A DNA stretch of 60,858 nucleotides, filler included, from Basidiobolus meristosporus CBS 931.73 (lineage: Eukaryota > Fungi > Basidiobolomycota): NCBI GenBank assembly GCA_002104905.1. It is 3 parts of 3 records of this genome, joined end to end, with 100 filler letters (N's around TTAATTAATTAA, not from the genome) between each part and the next. Parts side by side here need not be neighbours in the genome. Positions count along the whole stretch, not along the records: positions 17,970 to 30,808 come from MCFE01001222.1; positions 30,909 to 60,858 come from MCFE01000858.1; 1 more part is not named here. One strand, 5' to 3'. Below, in pieces: positions 21,056-33,826 of the stretch (its first letter is position 1; every line of letters starts with the position of its first letter). The notes under the pieces were generated by a model that was not told the origin of the DNA, did no database searches, and saw only the letters and a list, made by a program, of their open reading frames with translations. A program made the translations under genes and the position numbers.

Positions 21056-23460
21056 TGTTGAAATATTGGACTATTTGGTATCACTCAGGACAAGTCTTGG
21101 TCACTGTAGGACTACTAATTTACAGCCCTAGCATTGGCGCTTTTTTCAGATCTATAATCCTTTGAGTATTCCCCTATTGTCAATATTAAGTTACCACTTT
21201 TACCAAACATTATGTACAAGCTGTGAAGCTGTTACAGAGAGCCCCTGAATGTTGAGCAACCTCCTTACTTTATGTTACAGCTTTATTACTTATACAAAGG
21301 TATGAATACTGAACTGCTTTATGAAAGAACAACAGTTGAGCTATTATCACTATCTCTTGATAAGTTCCTTATATCCAGATCACTTTTTAAATTACAACAG
21401 GGTATGAGCCCTGATTGCCTTAACCCATTCTAAAGATGACTTCTACCAGCAAACAGAACAACACAAACATCTTCCCTGTAAAGGACAGGTTTGATGGAAA
21501 GAGCTGCAGACTTTGGAGATCAAGATGCAGATCCACCTGGTGAAAAGAAAGCTTTAGATTATAGTAACAAGATAAGTAGTTAAGCCCAAAGGAACAGCAG
21601 AGGAAGTAGACAAGTATCAAAAGAAGGAGAGAAAGGCCATTAGTAAAATATGTAGAAATGTGCAAGATCCCTTCATTGGACATGTATGCTTAAAATACTG
21701 CCAAAGCAGCATGGAAATCCTGAGAGAAGATCTTTAGAGCAAAGTCAGTAATGAGCAAGCTTTATCTAAAGCTAAAGTTCTTCAACATGAGGAACAAGCT
21801 AGATGATGACATGCTACAGCTCAATAATAGAGTAAAAATATTTGCAGAAGATTTTTACAGTAATACTGCTGTATATGATGAAGAAAAGATCACCATTCTC
21901 CTTGACAGCCTGCCAGACAAGTATGTGCCATTCATACTTTCTTTTGAAAGCAGAGAAGATAATTTAACTTTGGACTATATCAATTGAAGACTTCTCCACA
22001 AAGAACTTGGAAGTTATGATCAAGCAGAGAAGATTTAAAACAATGCCTTATTTGGCTCAGAAAGACACATAGAAAAGATAGGAAAGCAACAAAACCAAAA
22101 AGCCCTGGTTGCCGTGACTGCTGTAAGAAGCCATGGCACTGGGCAAGTGAATGCAAGGAGAAACTAGCAGACAAAAAACAGTAACTGGAGCATGCAAACC
22201 ATATACCATTGATGAGCAGCAATTTGCAGCTGTACAAGAGAGTGCAAGTAGCCAAAATAATGTATGGTATATTGACTTTGTAGCATCACAGCATGTTTGT
22301 GGTATAAAGGAGAGGTTGAGGAACATAATTACTATTCTCATCAGAAAGGTCTATCTGGGAGCCAACTCTACACTGCAAGCTATTGTTAGTAGGTCTATAC
22401 AACCAAATAGGAGTGATATCTAAGGAGCAACAATAGCAAAACTTAGATCACAATATTTACAAGTTACAATGCAAGATCATTGTACCTGAGTATGTCAGCA
22501 TTGCTGAAACACCTGAAACTAGCTGGGAGGCATGGCATAGGAGGCTTGAATACATTGGGGAACAGGAAATGAGCCAATTGGTGAAAAATCAGCCTGTTTT
22601 GGGCCTAAAATACTCAATTCCAATCGCATTCAGTGTCTGTATGGGATGTTCATATAGCAAACAAGCTAGGTAACATTTCAGCAGCTCAGAAGGTATTAGC
22701 ACCACCAAGATATTGGCTATTATACACTCAGACACATGTGGGCCCCTGGGAGCACTGTCCTTTAGAGCTAAGAGATACTTAGGACATTATTGATGACAAG
22801 ACAATATATACATGGTGTATTCCTCAAAAAAGAGGATGAAGCTTTATAGATGTTCAGATACTTCAAGACAATGGCAGAAACACAAATAGGGTGTAAGGTG
22901 AATGTACTTTTATGTGACCATGGAGGTGAATACTGCTCCAGAAGCTTTCATACTACTGCACATCCAATGGTGTGCTTTAACAGACCATTGTTCCACATCA
23001 TCCTCAGCAAAACAGAGTAGCAAAATATGCAAGTAGAACAATAGTAGAGATGGTAAGATCTATTCTTCATGATAAGGGAACTAACTTTTAGTTTAGAGCT
23101 GAATCTGATGCTACCATGGTATATATCTAAAATGGATGCCCAACAACAGCACTACCAGATTCCACATCCTTTGAAGCATATGCAGGCAAACAACTAGACC
23201 TCTGACACATTGAGATATTATGTAGTGATATCTTTCATCAGATCCCTGAAAGAACACTCAAGGTTGGAACCAATTAATAGAAAAGGGATCTTTCTTGGGC
23301 AGTGTGAGGATACACGTGATATTTCCACCAGTTCTAGATCAGAGCAGATTGTCCCAGCTATGAGTTCTACTGAAATAAGAAATTCCCCTGGATCCTGGTG
23401 GCAGATATACAATGATCAGGAAGAAGCTTATCTTGCCTTATGTGCCAATTTTATGATCTA
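21056..23460 (+). mobile_element. Ty1/Copia family 1, degenerate copy (LTR 21056-21399, PBS, gag-integrase remnants)
   Basis: LTR homologous to 27856-28223 and PBS GGGTATGAGCCC. The internal sequence is collinear with 28224-30600 but has many frameshifts. Confidence 0.85.
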
Positions 23461-23559
23461 AAACTTAAATGTTTGGGTTTGCACAGTTTTTAGTCAAATC
23501 AATTAGTTATATGTTGAGCCTACCAGCATATCAGTGTTACCTCCCAGTGAGTAAGACAC

Positions 23560-24380
23560 CTTACAGCATGAGCTCATTAACATTGGAAAAGATGAAGAGA
23601 AAATAGAACAGTTGTTGGAGCAAGGATATATCAGACCTTGCAGGTCACTTTGGAATCACCAGTACTTTTTGTGAAAAAGAAGGATGGAACACCTAGGATG
23701 TGCATTGACTACAGAGCCTGCAACTCAGTTACTTTGAAGAATAAGTACCTTGTACCTTGGATTGATGAGCATCCGGACCAACTCAATTGAGCTACTATAC
23801 TCAGCAAGATTGACATAATATCAGGATAAAACCAGAGTAGGGTAAAACCAGATAACATCTCTAAGACTGTACTCAGGACTTGATATGGACATTATGAGTA
23901 CATAGTCATGAGTTTTGGCCTTACCAATGCCCCTGCAACATTGATGACCTTGATGCAGACAGTCTTCCAGGAGTACTTAGCCAAGTTTGTGAAAATTTAC
24001 CCAGATGACATATCAACACAGCAAGACAGAAGAGGAACACTAGGTTCACATTAAAGGACATGCTTGCCATGATATAATGCTTGAAGAACTGGGATGAGGT
24101 TCTCAGGTAAGAGTTTTAGGGGTGGGCTTAGAGCAAATTTTTGAAGCAATAGAATACTTGGTAGTACCAGGAGGGTTAGATGCTACATTGAAGAGGTCAA
24201 GCGCACTGTTAAGACCAATCATGCCTAACTCATGTATATGTTTACCCAGAAGTTACTCTCCAAAAAACAGACAAGACTGAGTGAATACATTGCACAACTC
24301 AACTCGGAGATTTTCTACTACGCTGGGAAAATAAGATGGTTGCTGATGCCTTTTCAAGACTGAAACAAGTTACACAACTC
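23560..24380 (+). mobile_element. Decayed Ty3/Gypsy RT remnant
   Basis: Translates across stops and frameshifts to [45 protein letters not shown] and YPDDI. Confidence 0.85.
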
Positions 24381-24399
24381 AACTTGGTGCATAAATAAG

Positions 24400-27300
24400 A
24401 TTGGATATTAACTGATCTAATTTCAACATTCAAGTGCTAGATCATAACATTGGCACATAAGGCAAGATAAGCTTCTTCACAATCATTCCATGACTGCCAA
24501 CTGAATCCAGGTGCATTTCATATTCTGGTAGATCTTCTGCTCTGTTCTGGAATTGGTTGAAATATCTTCCATATTTGGCTGATTTAGGTTCATATCTTTA
24601 TCATTGGTCTTGATTGCATCATCAGGCAGCTGGCCAATGATTTCAGTGGCTTCTGATCTGAGTTCTCCTCAATTCAACATCCCTGCTCTTGATCAGCTTC
24701 TGAATTTTGCCATCATACACTCTATACCCTTTAGTATCCTCATAGTATCCAGGAAACATCCCTTTTCTACTTGTTGGTTCTGACTTTAAGGGTTTTTGTC
24801 AGGAATGTGATAAAGATATTACCCCCAAAGATCCTGAGGTGCTAGAGGTCTGCTTTGTTACCTGTATATGCTTCAAAGGGTGTAGATGTTGCAATTTAAG
24901 AAGTGATTTGGATATAAGGAACTTATCAAGAAATAGTGATGATAGTTGAATTGCTGATTATTAAAAAAGAAGCTCAGTATTATACTCTTGTAGAAGTAAT
25001 ACAGCTGTAACACTAAGTAAGGAGGGTTTCTCAAGATTCAGGAGCATTCTGTAACAGTTTCAGGGTTAGTACATGACGTCTGGTATTAGTGCTAATTTGA
25101 TCCTGACTATAAAGGCATAATCTTAATATAACAGATCTGAAGAAAATGGCAAAGCTAGAGCTGTAAATTAGTCCCACAGTGACCAAGACTAGTTCAGAAT
25201 TACTGAGTAAATTTTTAATTGCAGAATGATACCAAATAGGCAAATATTTCAACACTCCCCCTGAACTAGATAATTTCTTAATTCTAATTCCTCCCTGAGA
25301 ATCTCAAATTGTGGCCTAGCTAGTGGCTGTATTAATATATCTGCCACCATTTTGTTAGTTGAGCAGTACACCAACTCTACTAAGTTATTTTCTACAGCTT
25401 CACTCACAAAGTGATGCTGTATATCAACGTGCTTAGTTCTGGCATGATTAGTAGGATTTCTAGCTAATAAGATACAACTTTGATTATCCTTGTAAATACA
25501 TGTTGGTTCATCTGAACTAAAACTAAGTCTTTGAATAATTATTGTAGCCTTACAACCGCATTAGTTGCTTGACATGCAGCTATATCTTCTGCTACAGTTG
25601 TACGTAGGGCCACAATTGGTTGTTTCTTGCAATTCTAAGTAATAACTGCACCAGCGTAAAGAAATACATAGCCTGTGGTAGAGCATCTGTCAATCAGATC
25701 CCTACCCCAATCTGAAGCACTATAACCATCAGGCTTTTGCCTATTAGCTGCTCCAGAGTGTTCTAGTACCATATCTATGGTACCTTGTAGATATCTGAAA
25801 ATCCGCTTAACTGCTGCAATTTGATCTGATCCATAATTCTGCATGAATTACATGACTATTCCAACTGCCACCGCAATATCTGGACGTGTAAACACCCACA
25901 AGTTTTGGTCCATATTTGAGCCTCTTTTGTCTAAAACTAGTATGATTTGCTTAATTTCAGTTGATTGTGCATAGAGGTAGCTGCATGTTAGCAATTTTTC
26001 ATTTTGGAGCGTTGAAAATTGTCCCTGATGTACTTAGACCAATTCAGCACAATTTTCTGCTTAAGCAGGTCAAATATGATCTCAACTACACAAAAATAGC
26101 TCAATTTTCCAAGATCATACATCTCAAACTTGCTAAAGAGATCTGATTTTGTCTGATTTAGTGCTTTTTGGTCCCTTGTGGCTATAATTTGGTTGTCCAA
26201 ATAAAAAACTAGGATGATCACACCCTTTTTGAGCTGTTTCACATATATACTTTGATATGCAGCGCTACAAGAGAACCAAATTTCCTCTGCATATGTGTCA
26301 ATCTTGTTATAGCATGCTCTAGGTGCCTGCTTAAGCCTGTATAAAGATTCTCTAGGTTTGCACACCTTATGGGGGTCTTTAGGATTAGTAAAACCTTTTG
26401 GTTGCTCCATATATATAGTTTCCTGCAAATCCCCATTTAGAAAGGCTGTTTTAACGTTGATTTGGTGTAGATCTAGACTGTGTAGCACTGCCAGGGCTAG
26501 AGCTGTCCTAATGGAGTTAAACTTAGCAATTGGAGCAGATGTTTCCTTAAAGTCTAGTCCCTGAATCTGGGAATAGCCTTTAGCTACCAATCTAGCCTTG
26601 TACTTATCAACAGCACCAATTGAGGTTATGTAGAACCTGAAGACCCATCTACATCCTATTGGCTTTCTCCCATTTGGTAAATCTACCAGTTTCCATGTTT
26701 TTGCCTTGATCAGTGATTTGTACTCCTCCTGCATGGCTTGTTGACACATAGTAGCATCTGGACTTAGCCATGGCCTGTTCCAGATTCTGAGTTTTGGCAC
26801 ATAAGGCAAGATATGCTTCTTCATGATCACTGGAGGTCTGCCACCAGGATCCAGGGGCATTTCTAATTCCGGTAGATCTCCTAATTGGGATAATCTGCTC
26901 TGATCTGGAACTGGTGAATTTATCATCTGTATCTGGCTGAATTGGGTACATATCTTCTTTATTAGTGTTAATTGAATCATCAGGTAGCTGGCCAATGATT
27001 TCTGTGGCTTTCTGATCTGAATTCTCCTCAAATAAAACATCCCTGCTCTTGATCAGCTTCTGAATTTTGCCATCATACACTCTATACCCTTTAGTAACCT
27101 AAGTACACTCATGTATATTTTGTTTTGTCATCAATAAACGTCATAAAGAATCTCTAGGCACCAAAGGACAGTGTTCTCATATGGCCACATATGTCTGAGT
27201 GTACAATAGCCAATATCTTGGTGGTATTAATGCCTTCTGAGCCCTTGAAACTTTGCCTAGCTTGCTTCCCATATGAATATCCCTTGCAAACATTCAATTT

Positions 27301-27855
27301 GGTCAGAATTGAGTATTTTAAGCCCAAAACAAGTTGATTATTCAACAATTAGCCTGTTGTCTGTTCCCCAATGTGTCCTGGCCTCCTGTACCATGTCTCC
27401 CAGTTGGCTTCATCAGTTTCAGCAGTGTTGACATACTCAGGTACAATGAAATTGCATTGTAACATGTGTATATTGTGATCACTTGTTGCCTAGCTTGTTT
27501 GCCTTATGAACGTCCCTTACAAACACTCAATTTGATCAGAATTGGGTACTTGTGGCCCAAAACAGGCTGATTTTTCACCAATTGGCTCATTTTCTGTTCC
27601 CCAATGTATTTAAGCCTCCTGTGCCATGCCTCCCAGCTACTCTCAGGAGTTTCAGTAATGTTGACATACTCTGGTACAATGATATTGCATTGCAACTTGT
27701 ATATATTGTGATCTCTGATTCCCAAAGCTGATTTTGGTCAATGTTCACTCAATGTTGCGCAACTCATCTTAGTAAGAACAAGTTTCAGTCCCTGAGCGGT
27801 TGCTTTACTGACTGAGAGTAGACGCTTAGCTATTTTGGGTACATAAAGTATGTCA
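24400..27855 (-). mobile_element. Nested Ty1/Copia family 1 fragments, including 3' LTR 24887-25254 with PPT and RT/RNase H remnants
   Basis: The LTR is preceded on the minus strand by GGGGGAG. RT motifs GCRWVF, YKARLVAKGYSQ and VKTAFLNGDL are present. The LTR's outer end lands inside the STPFEAY integrase sequence of another copy. Confidence 0.85.
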
Positions 27856-30808
27856 TGTTGAAATATTGAACTATTTGGTATCATTCAGCAGCTAAAAATT
27901 TACTTTATAATTCTAGACTATTCTTAGTCACTGTAGGACTCATTCACTGTCTTAACTTTGCCACTTTCTCCAGATATATGATCTTATGATTATTCCCCTA
28001 TAGTCAGGATCAAATTAGCACTATTACCAGACATCAAGTACTAACCCTGAAACTATTACAGAATGCCCCTGAATCTTAAGAAACCCTCCTTACTTAGTGT
28101 TACAGATGTATTACTTCTACAGAGGTATAATACTGAGCATCTTTATAAATAAACAACAGTTCAACTATTATCACTATTTCTTGATAAGTTCCTTATATCC
28201 AAATCACTTCTTAAATTGCAACAGGTTATGACCCCCAATTGCCTTAATCTATTCTAAAGATGACTTCTACCAGCAAACAAAGCAATACCAACATCTTCCC
28301 TGTAAAGGAGAGGTTTGATGGGGAGAACTACAGACTTTGAAGAATCAAGATGCAGATCCACCTTGAGGAGAGAAAACTTTGGAACATAGTTACAGGAAAG
28401 GAAGTTGAGCCCAAAGGAATAGCAGAAGATGTGGAGAAGTTTCAAGAGAAGGAGAGAAATGCCTTCAATGCCATATGCATCAATGTGCAAGACTCCTTCA
28501 TTGGACAAATCCATGCCTCAAATACTGCCAAATCAGCATGGGAATCCTTAGAGAAGATCTTTAGAGCAAAGTCAGTATCAAGCAAGCTTTATTTGAAACA
28601 AAAGTTCTTCAACATGAGGAAGCAGCCAGATGATGACATACTACAACTCATTACCAGAATGGAGACACTTGCAGAAGAACTTTACAGTATTAATGCAGGT
28701 GTAGATGATGAAGAAAAGATACTCTGTCTGCTTTGTAGCCTACCAGACAAGTATGAGCTACTTATACTTTCTTTTGACAACAGAGAAGACAACTTGACTT
28801 TAGACTATGTCAAAGAAAGACTTCTCCATAAAGAACTCACATGTAATGATCAAGCAGAGAAAATTGAAGATAATGCTTTATTCAGTTCAGAAAGGCATAC
28901 AGAAAAGAAGGGAAAGCAACAAAACCAAAGAAAACCTGGCTGCTGTAACTACTGTAAAAAGCCAGGACACTGGGCAAGAGAATACAAGAAGAAACAAGTT
29001 GACAAAAAACAGAAACTAGAGCAGGCAAACCATATAACTACTGATGAATAGTTATTTGTATCTGTAAAAGAGAGTGCAAGTAACCAAAGTAATGAATGGT
29101 ATATTGACTCTGGAGCATCATAGCATATTTGTGGTATAAAGGATTGGTTCAGCAACTTAAAGACTATTCCCTTAAGAAAGGTTTATCTGGGAGATAACTC
29201 TGCATTGGAAGCTATTGCCAGTGGGTCTATACAACTCAATATGAGTGATAACTCAGGGGCAACAACAGCAAAACTGACTGACGTACTCTATGTACCTGGA
29301 ATAGCTAAGAACCTACTCTCAGTCAGTAAAGCAACTACTCAGGGACTGAAATTTGTTTTTACTAAGCAGAGCTGCTCAATATTGAGTGAAAATGGACAAA
29401 AATTAGCTTTGGGAATCAGAGATCACAATATATACAAGTTACAATGCAAGATCATTGTACCTGAGTATGTCAACATTGCTGAAACTGATGAAACCAACTG
29501 GGAGACATGGCATAGGAGGCTAGGACACATAGGGGAACAGAAAATGAGCCAATTGGTGAGAACTCAGCTTGTTTTGGGCCTAAAATACTTAATTCCAATC
29601 AGGTTGAATGTTTGTAAGGGATGTTAATATGGCAAACAAGCTAGGCAATGTTTCAAGAGCTCAGAAGGCATCAATACCACCAAAACAGTGGCTATGGTAC
29701 ACTCAGACATATATGGCCCCATGAGAACAGTGTCCTTTGGAGCCAAGAGATACTTTATGAAGTTTATTGATGACAAGACAAGTTATACATGGGTGTACTT
29801 CCTCAAAACAAAGGATGAAGCTTTAGAGAAGTTTAAGCACTTCAAGAACATTGCAGAAGCACAAACTGGGTGTAAATTGAAGGTACTACAAAGTGACAAT
29901 GGAGGAGAATACTGCTCAAAGGAGTTTGCAAAATACTGCTTGTCTACTTGTATACTTCAACACACCACAGTTCCTCATACTTCACAGCAAAATGGAGTAG
30001 CAGAACATGCAAATAGAACAATAGTAGAGATGGGAAGATCTACGCTACATGATAAGGGAATGGACTACAGGTTTTGGGCAGCATCTGTTGCTACTGCTGT
30101 ATACATCAAGATAAGATGCCCAACAACAGCACTACAAGATTCTACACCCTTTGAAGCATATACAGGCAAAAAACCAGATCTCCAGCACCTCAGGATCTTT
30201 GGCAGTGATGTATTTTATCACATCCCTGACAAAAAACGCTCAAAGTTACAACCAAAGAGTAGGAAAGGGATCTTTCTTGGGTATTATGATAATACTAAAG
30301 GGTATAGAGTGTATGATGGCAAAATTTGGAAGCCAATCAAGAGCAGGGACGTTGTATTTGAGGAGAATTCAGATCAGAAAGCCACAGAAATCATTGGCCA
30401 GCCGCCTGAAGATGCAATCAACACTAATGAAGAAGATATGTACCAAATCCAGCCAGATATGGAAGATACTTCTACCAGTTCCAGATCAGAACAGATTATC
30501 CCAGTTAGGAGATCTACCAGAATAAGAAATGCCCCTGGATCCTGGCGGCAGACATCCAATGATCATGAAGAAGCTTATTTTGCCTTATGTGCCAAATGTG
30601 AGAAAGCCAATAGGATGTAGATGGGTCTGCAAGATCAAGATAACCTCAAATGGTGCCGTTGTTAAGTACAAGGCTAGATTGGTAGCTAAAGGCTATTCCC
30701 AGATCCAGGGACTAGACTTTAAGGAAACATCTGCTCCAGTTGCCAAGTTTAACTCTATTAGGACAGTTCTAGCCCTGGCAGCTGTACACAGTCTAGATCT
30801 ACACCAAA
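27856..30808 (+). mobile_element. Ty1/Copia family 1, best-preserved copy (LTR 27856-28223, PBS, gag-PR-IN-RT start), cut by contig end
   Basis: Gag starts at ATG 28260 and has a premature TGA. Motifs WYIDSGAS, WHRRLGH, VHSDIYGP, SDNGGEY, QNGVAE and KARLVAKGYSQ, with several nonsense changes. Confidence 0.92.
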
Positions 30809-30908
30809 NNNNNNNNNNNNNNNNNNNNNNNNNNNNNNNNNNNNNNNNNNNNTTAATTAATTAANNNNNNNNNNNNNNNNNNNNNNNNNNNNNNNNNNNN
30901 NNNNNNNN
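30809..30908. other. Artificial contig spacer (N44-TTAATTAATTAA-N44)
   Basis: Same linker as 17870-17969. Confidence 0.95.
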
Positions 30909-31060
30909 CTGGTGGTTGCCGTAGGAGCTGTGCCAGGCTCGTTGGTCAGACTTTGGGGGCCTACCGGGGTAAGTGTGGCTGTCACCGAGGCAATCCCATT
31001 TTCTTGAGCTGATACAGATGCGACAATGGTGGCCAGGATTAAAATGTTGAGGAGTTGCAT
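30909..31060 (-). CDS. Secreted Thr-rich protein, N-terminal fragment (cut by contig end)
   Basis: Signal-peptide-like MQLLNILILATIVASVSA followed by a Thr/Pro-rich segment. A TATAAA-like element lies upstream. Confidence 0.6.
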
Positions 31061-31507
31061 TGATTTCGTGTGGATATAAAGCAGTAGTGATACCTCTCCT
31101 TGAAGGCCTTAGATGGCTGCTTATAAAGCATGTTGTGGTCGGAAGTTACCAAATGGCGAATTCCTAGGGCAGGAATAATATTCCGCGTATGATGCTTAGA
31201 CTCGTGAGATTCAACAGTATTTGGTACTCACGAGTAACCGGAATATTTCTTTAGTATGCATTAGGCCTCGGATATATTATTCAATTTGTAGTTGCTGGTA
31301 ACTCAGCAGCATCCTTGTTCTATCTATAATCTCCAAGTCACAAGAATGCTGCTAACAAAGGTCATACATGCTCTCGGGAGCTTACTGTTCTTTCAATGAC
31401 ATCCGATATTTCGGTTATTTTATTGATTCAAAAGAGGATGATTTATACAGGTATTCCCATACGAGAATCTCTAGTGACTCTCAACTACAGGCTCTTGTAC
31501 TAGACGG

Positions 31508-31972
31508 CTAGGCAAGGCAAAGCACATAGTAGATGTTTGATGACTTGGCTTTACCACCATACCCAAAGGCCATACCTTCTGCTAGGTGGGCTCCAGATTT
31601 GCCGACCTGCTCACCACCCTCGTAGCGGGTCTTGGTGATGTAGAGTTCGTTCCCGTCGGCCTCCTTTCCTGCTTGCAGAGGAGTGTAGTTCTCGGCGGTG
31701 GCTGCCCCGCTGCACTCGACCCAACGAAGTTGCTTGGCATCTCCGCAAAGGACATAGTAGTCATGGATAATCACCTCTTTTTTACCATAAGCAATGGAGA
31801 GGCCCTTGATATGCTCAGCAACCTTTCCGATTTGCTCACCACCCTCATAGCGTTGGCGACCAATGTACAAAGGTTGACCGTCGGCTTCAACTCCTCCCTG
31901 GACCGCATTAGGCGGGATCTGGCCATCTTTGGCATAGACCCATTGAACAGCTTGTGATTGTGCAGATGGCAT
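31508..31972 (-). CDS. DM9-repeat (DUF3421) protein, copy 1
   Basis: 154 aa from the ATG at 31972. Two DM9 repeats (WV..G.IP.NAVQGG.E.DG.PLYIGR..YEGG...GK). Confidence 0.85.
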   Translation of the reverse strand: MPSAQSQAVQWVYAKDGQIPPNAVQGGVEADGQPLYIGRQRYEGGEQIGKVAEHIKGLSIAYGKKEVIIHDYYVLCGDAKQLRWVECSGAATAENYTPLQAGKEADGNELYITKTRYEGGEQVGKSGAHLAEGMAFGYGGKAKSSNIYYVLCLA

Positions 31973-32642
31973 GATTATTGACAATTGTCGATGTAATTTG
32001 ATACTTCAATCTGCAGGTAAAGTCCCAGTTTTATACTGCTCTAGTTGATGTCGTCATCATGAGATTATCGAATACGTCAACCACCTTCCCACATCATGAT
32101 GAAGGCGTTTGTTCTATGAATAAGCTTTATTTGGAAGGCTGCTATTGTATGTCAGCATGAACGTATCACAACTCTATTTGTTTGCTGCTTGGAAAATTAT
32201 CTCACACTAAGGCTACTTGTCGCTATTTAATTTACCTTGGCCTTCCTTACATAGCAATAAAGGTATGGGTATTGCATTTTATATAGTTCCACATCCGTAC
32301 AGCCAGTACGTAGGTAGGCCACTCCGGAAGGCTACTGTTACTGGAGGGGAGGATGCACTGTCTTCGAAATTCAACTATTCCCGCCATCTGAAGGTATAGT
32401 TCGAGAACTGCATTTTTGCTTGGTTTTAGTCACAGTATGGAGATATCCGTAGATTCTGGTTAGTGTGATGCATGGTTTTGCATTGCATTCACCGTCTTCA
32501 ATCTCTTTTCCCGCTAACGCTCACCTCCGTATCCGCATTCACCTCTACATCACCTGTAAACTATGCACCACCACATGTGCTTCCAATAAATCTGAGCATA
32601 CCGCCATGCGGAAAGAATTATCATCCCCAAAAGGCCCAATGT

Positions 32643-32998
32643 AACCTAAAGCCGCCACATTATATTGACAAAACTTATTTCGGCCATTAGAACATTCCCA
32701 ATTACTCTTCACGGCACAGTGCACCCACAGGGTACATATACGTTGGATTATTTTCATGACATGTGAGATATACTCCAATTCCGTAGTGGTGGCGATCAGC
32801 GCATAACACTTCATCACCAGATGAACAGAACTGGATGGCCCAAGTTGGGATTCTCTCGACAACGGGAACGCGGAGTCAGAAACGGGATTTTCTAAAGCCG
32901 AACTTAATGTTGTCTTGGATTTTAGTTCACGAAGAACCACCCTTCGATGGACCATCGCATTTATAGGAAATTTCATCGACGGGAATAATCATGGGATT
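32643..32998. repeat. Unidentified dispersed repeat, copy A (others at 36057-36412 and partial 35581-35811)
   Basis: Near-identical ~350 bp sequence, compared by eye. The same minus-strand frame is open in all three copies. Confidence 0.8.
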
Positions 32999-33361
32999 TA
33001 GCAAATCACACAATTCCTTGGATCGACGAGATAATTTGCTCGGTCAGATTCACTACAGCTACAAAGAGTACCTTACCTGGGCTTGAGATGTGAAAATCAA
33101 CATAGCTAGAGAATCCAAGCAGTACTGAAACCTCAGTTATCCCTTGTATCTCTGTTTACACAGATACAGAGCTAAGAGTATCCAATACGGAAGACTTAAA
33201 ATCAGATGGATAATAGAAAACAATCGTGATATTTGGGTTTAAGTGTGTTTAATTACATTACAACAGTGAATGCTTGAGCTAATCCGTATTACAGCTTTCA
33301 ATTCAAGGATTGCAAGCATCATTGGCAAATTTAACACTCTTGTGACTGTTTGTCATTGAGC

Positions 33362-33826
33362 TTAAGCAACGCAAAGTACATAGTAGATGTTTGATGACTT
33401 GGCTTTACCACCATACCCAAAGGCCATACCTTCTGCTAGGTGGGCTCCAGATTTGCCGACCTGCTCACCACCCTCGTAGCGGGTCTTGGTGATGTAGAGT
33501 TCGTTCCCGTCGGCCTCCTTTCCTGCTTGCAGAGGAGTGTAGTTCTCGGCGGTGGCTGCCCCGCTGCACTCGACCCAACGAAGTTGCTTGGCATCTCCGC
33601 AAAGGACATAGTAGTCAGGAATAACTACCTCCTTGTTGCCGTAAGCAATGGAGAGGCCCTTGATATGCTCAGCAACCTTTCCGATTTGCTCACCACCCTC
33701 ATAGCGTTGGCGACCAATGTACAAAGGTTGACCGTCGGCTTCAACTCCTCCCTGGACAGCATTAGGAGGGATTTCACCATTCTTGGCATAGACCCATTGA
33801 ACAGACTGAGATTGAGCAGAGGGCAT
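33362..33826 (-). CDS. DM9-repeat (DUF3421) protein, copy 2
   Basis: 154 aa near-identical paralog of 31508-31972. Confidence 0.85.
   Translation of the reverse strand: MPSAQSQSVQWVYAKNGEIPPNAVQGGVEADGQPLYIGRQRYEGGEQIGKVAEHIKGLSIAYGNKEVVIPDYYVLCGDAKQLRWVECSGAATAENYTPLQAGKEADGNELYITKTRYEGGEQVGKSGAHLAEGMAFGYGGKAKSSNIYYVLCVA

Noticed and set aside
17870-30808. Apparent interstitial telomere followed by a TE block
   Set aside because: The join is artificial, so the repeat is a contig (chromosome) end and the Copia block cannot be called subtelomeric.
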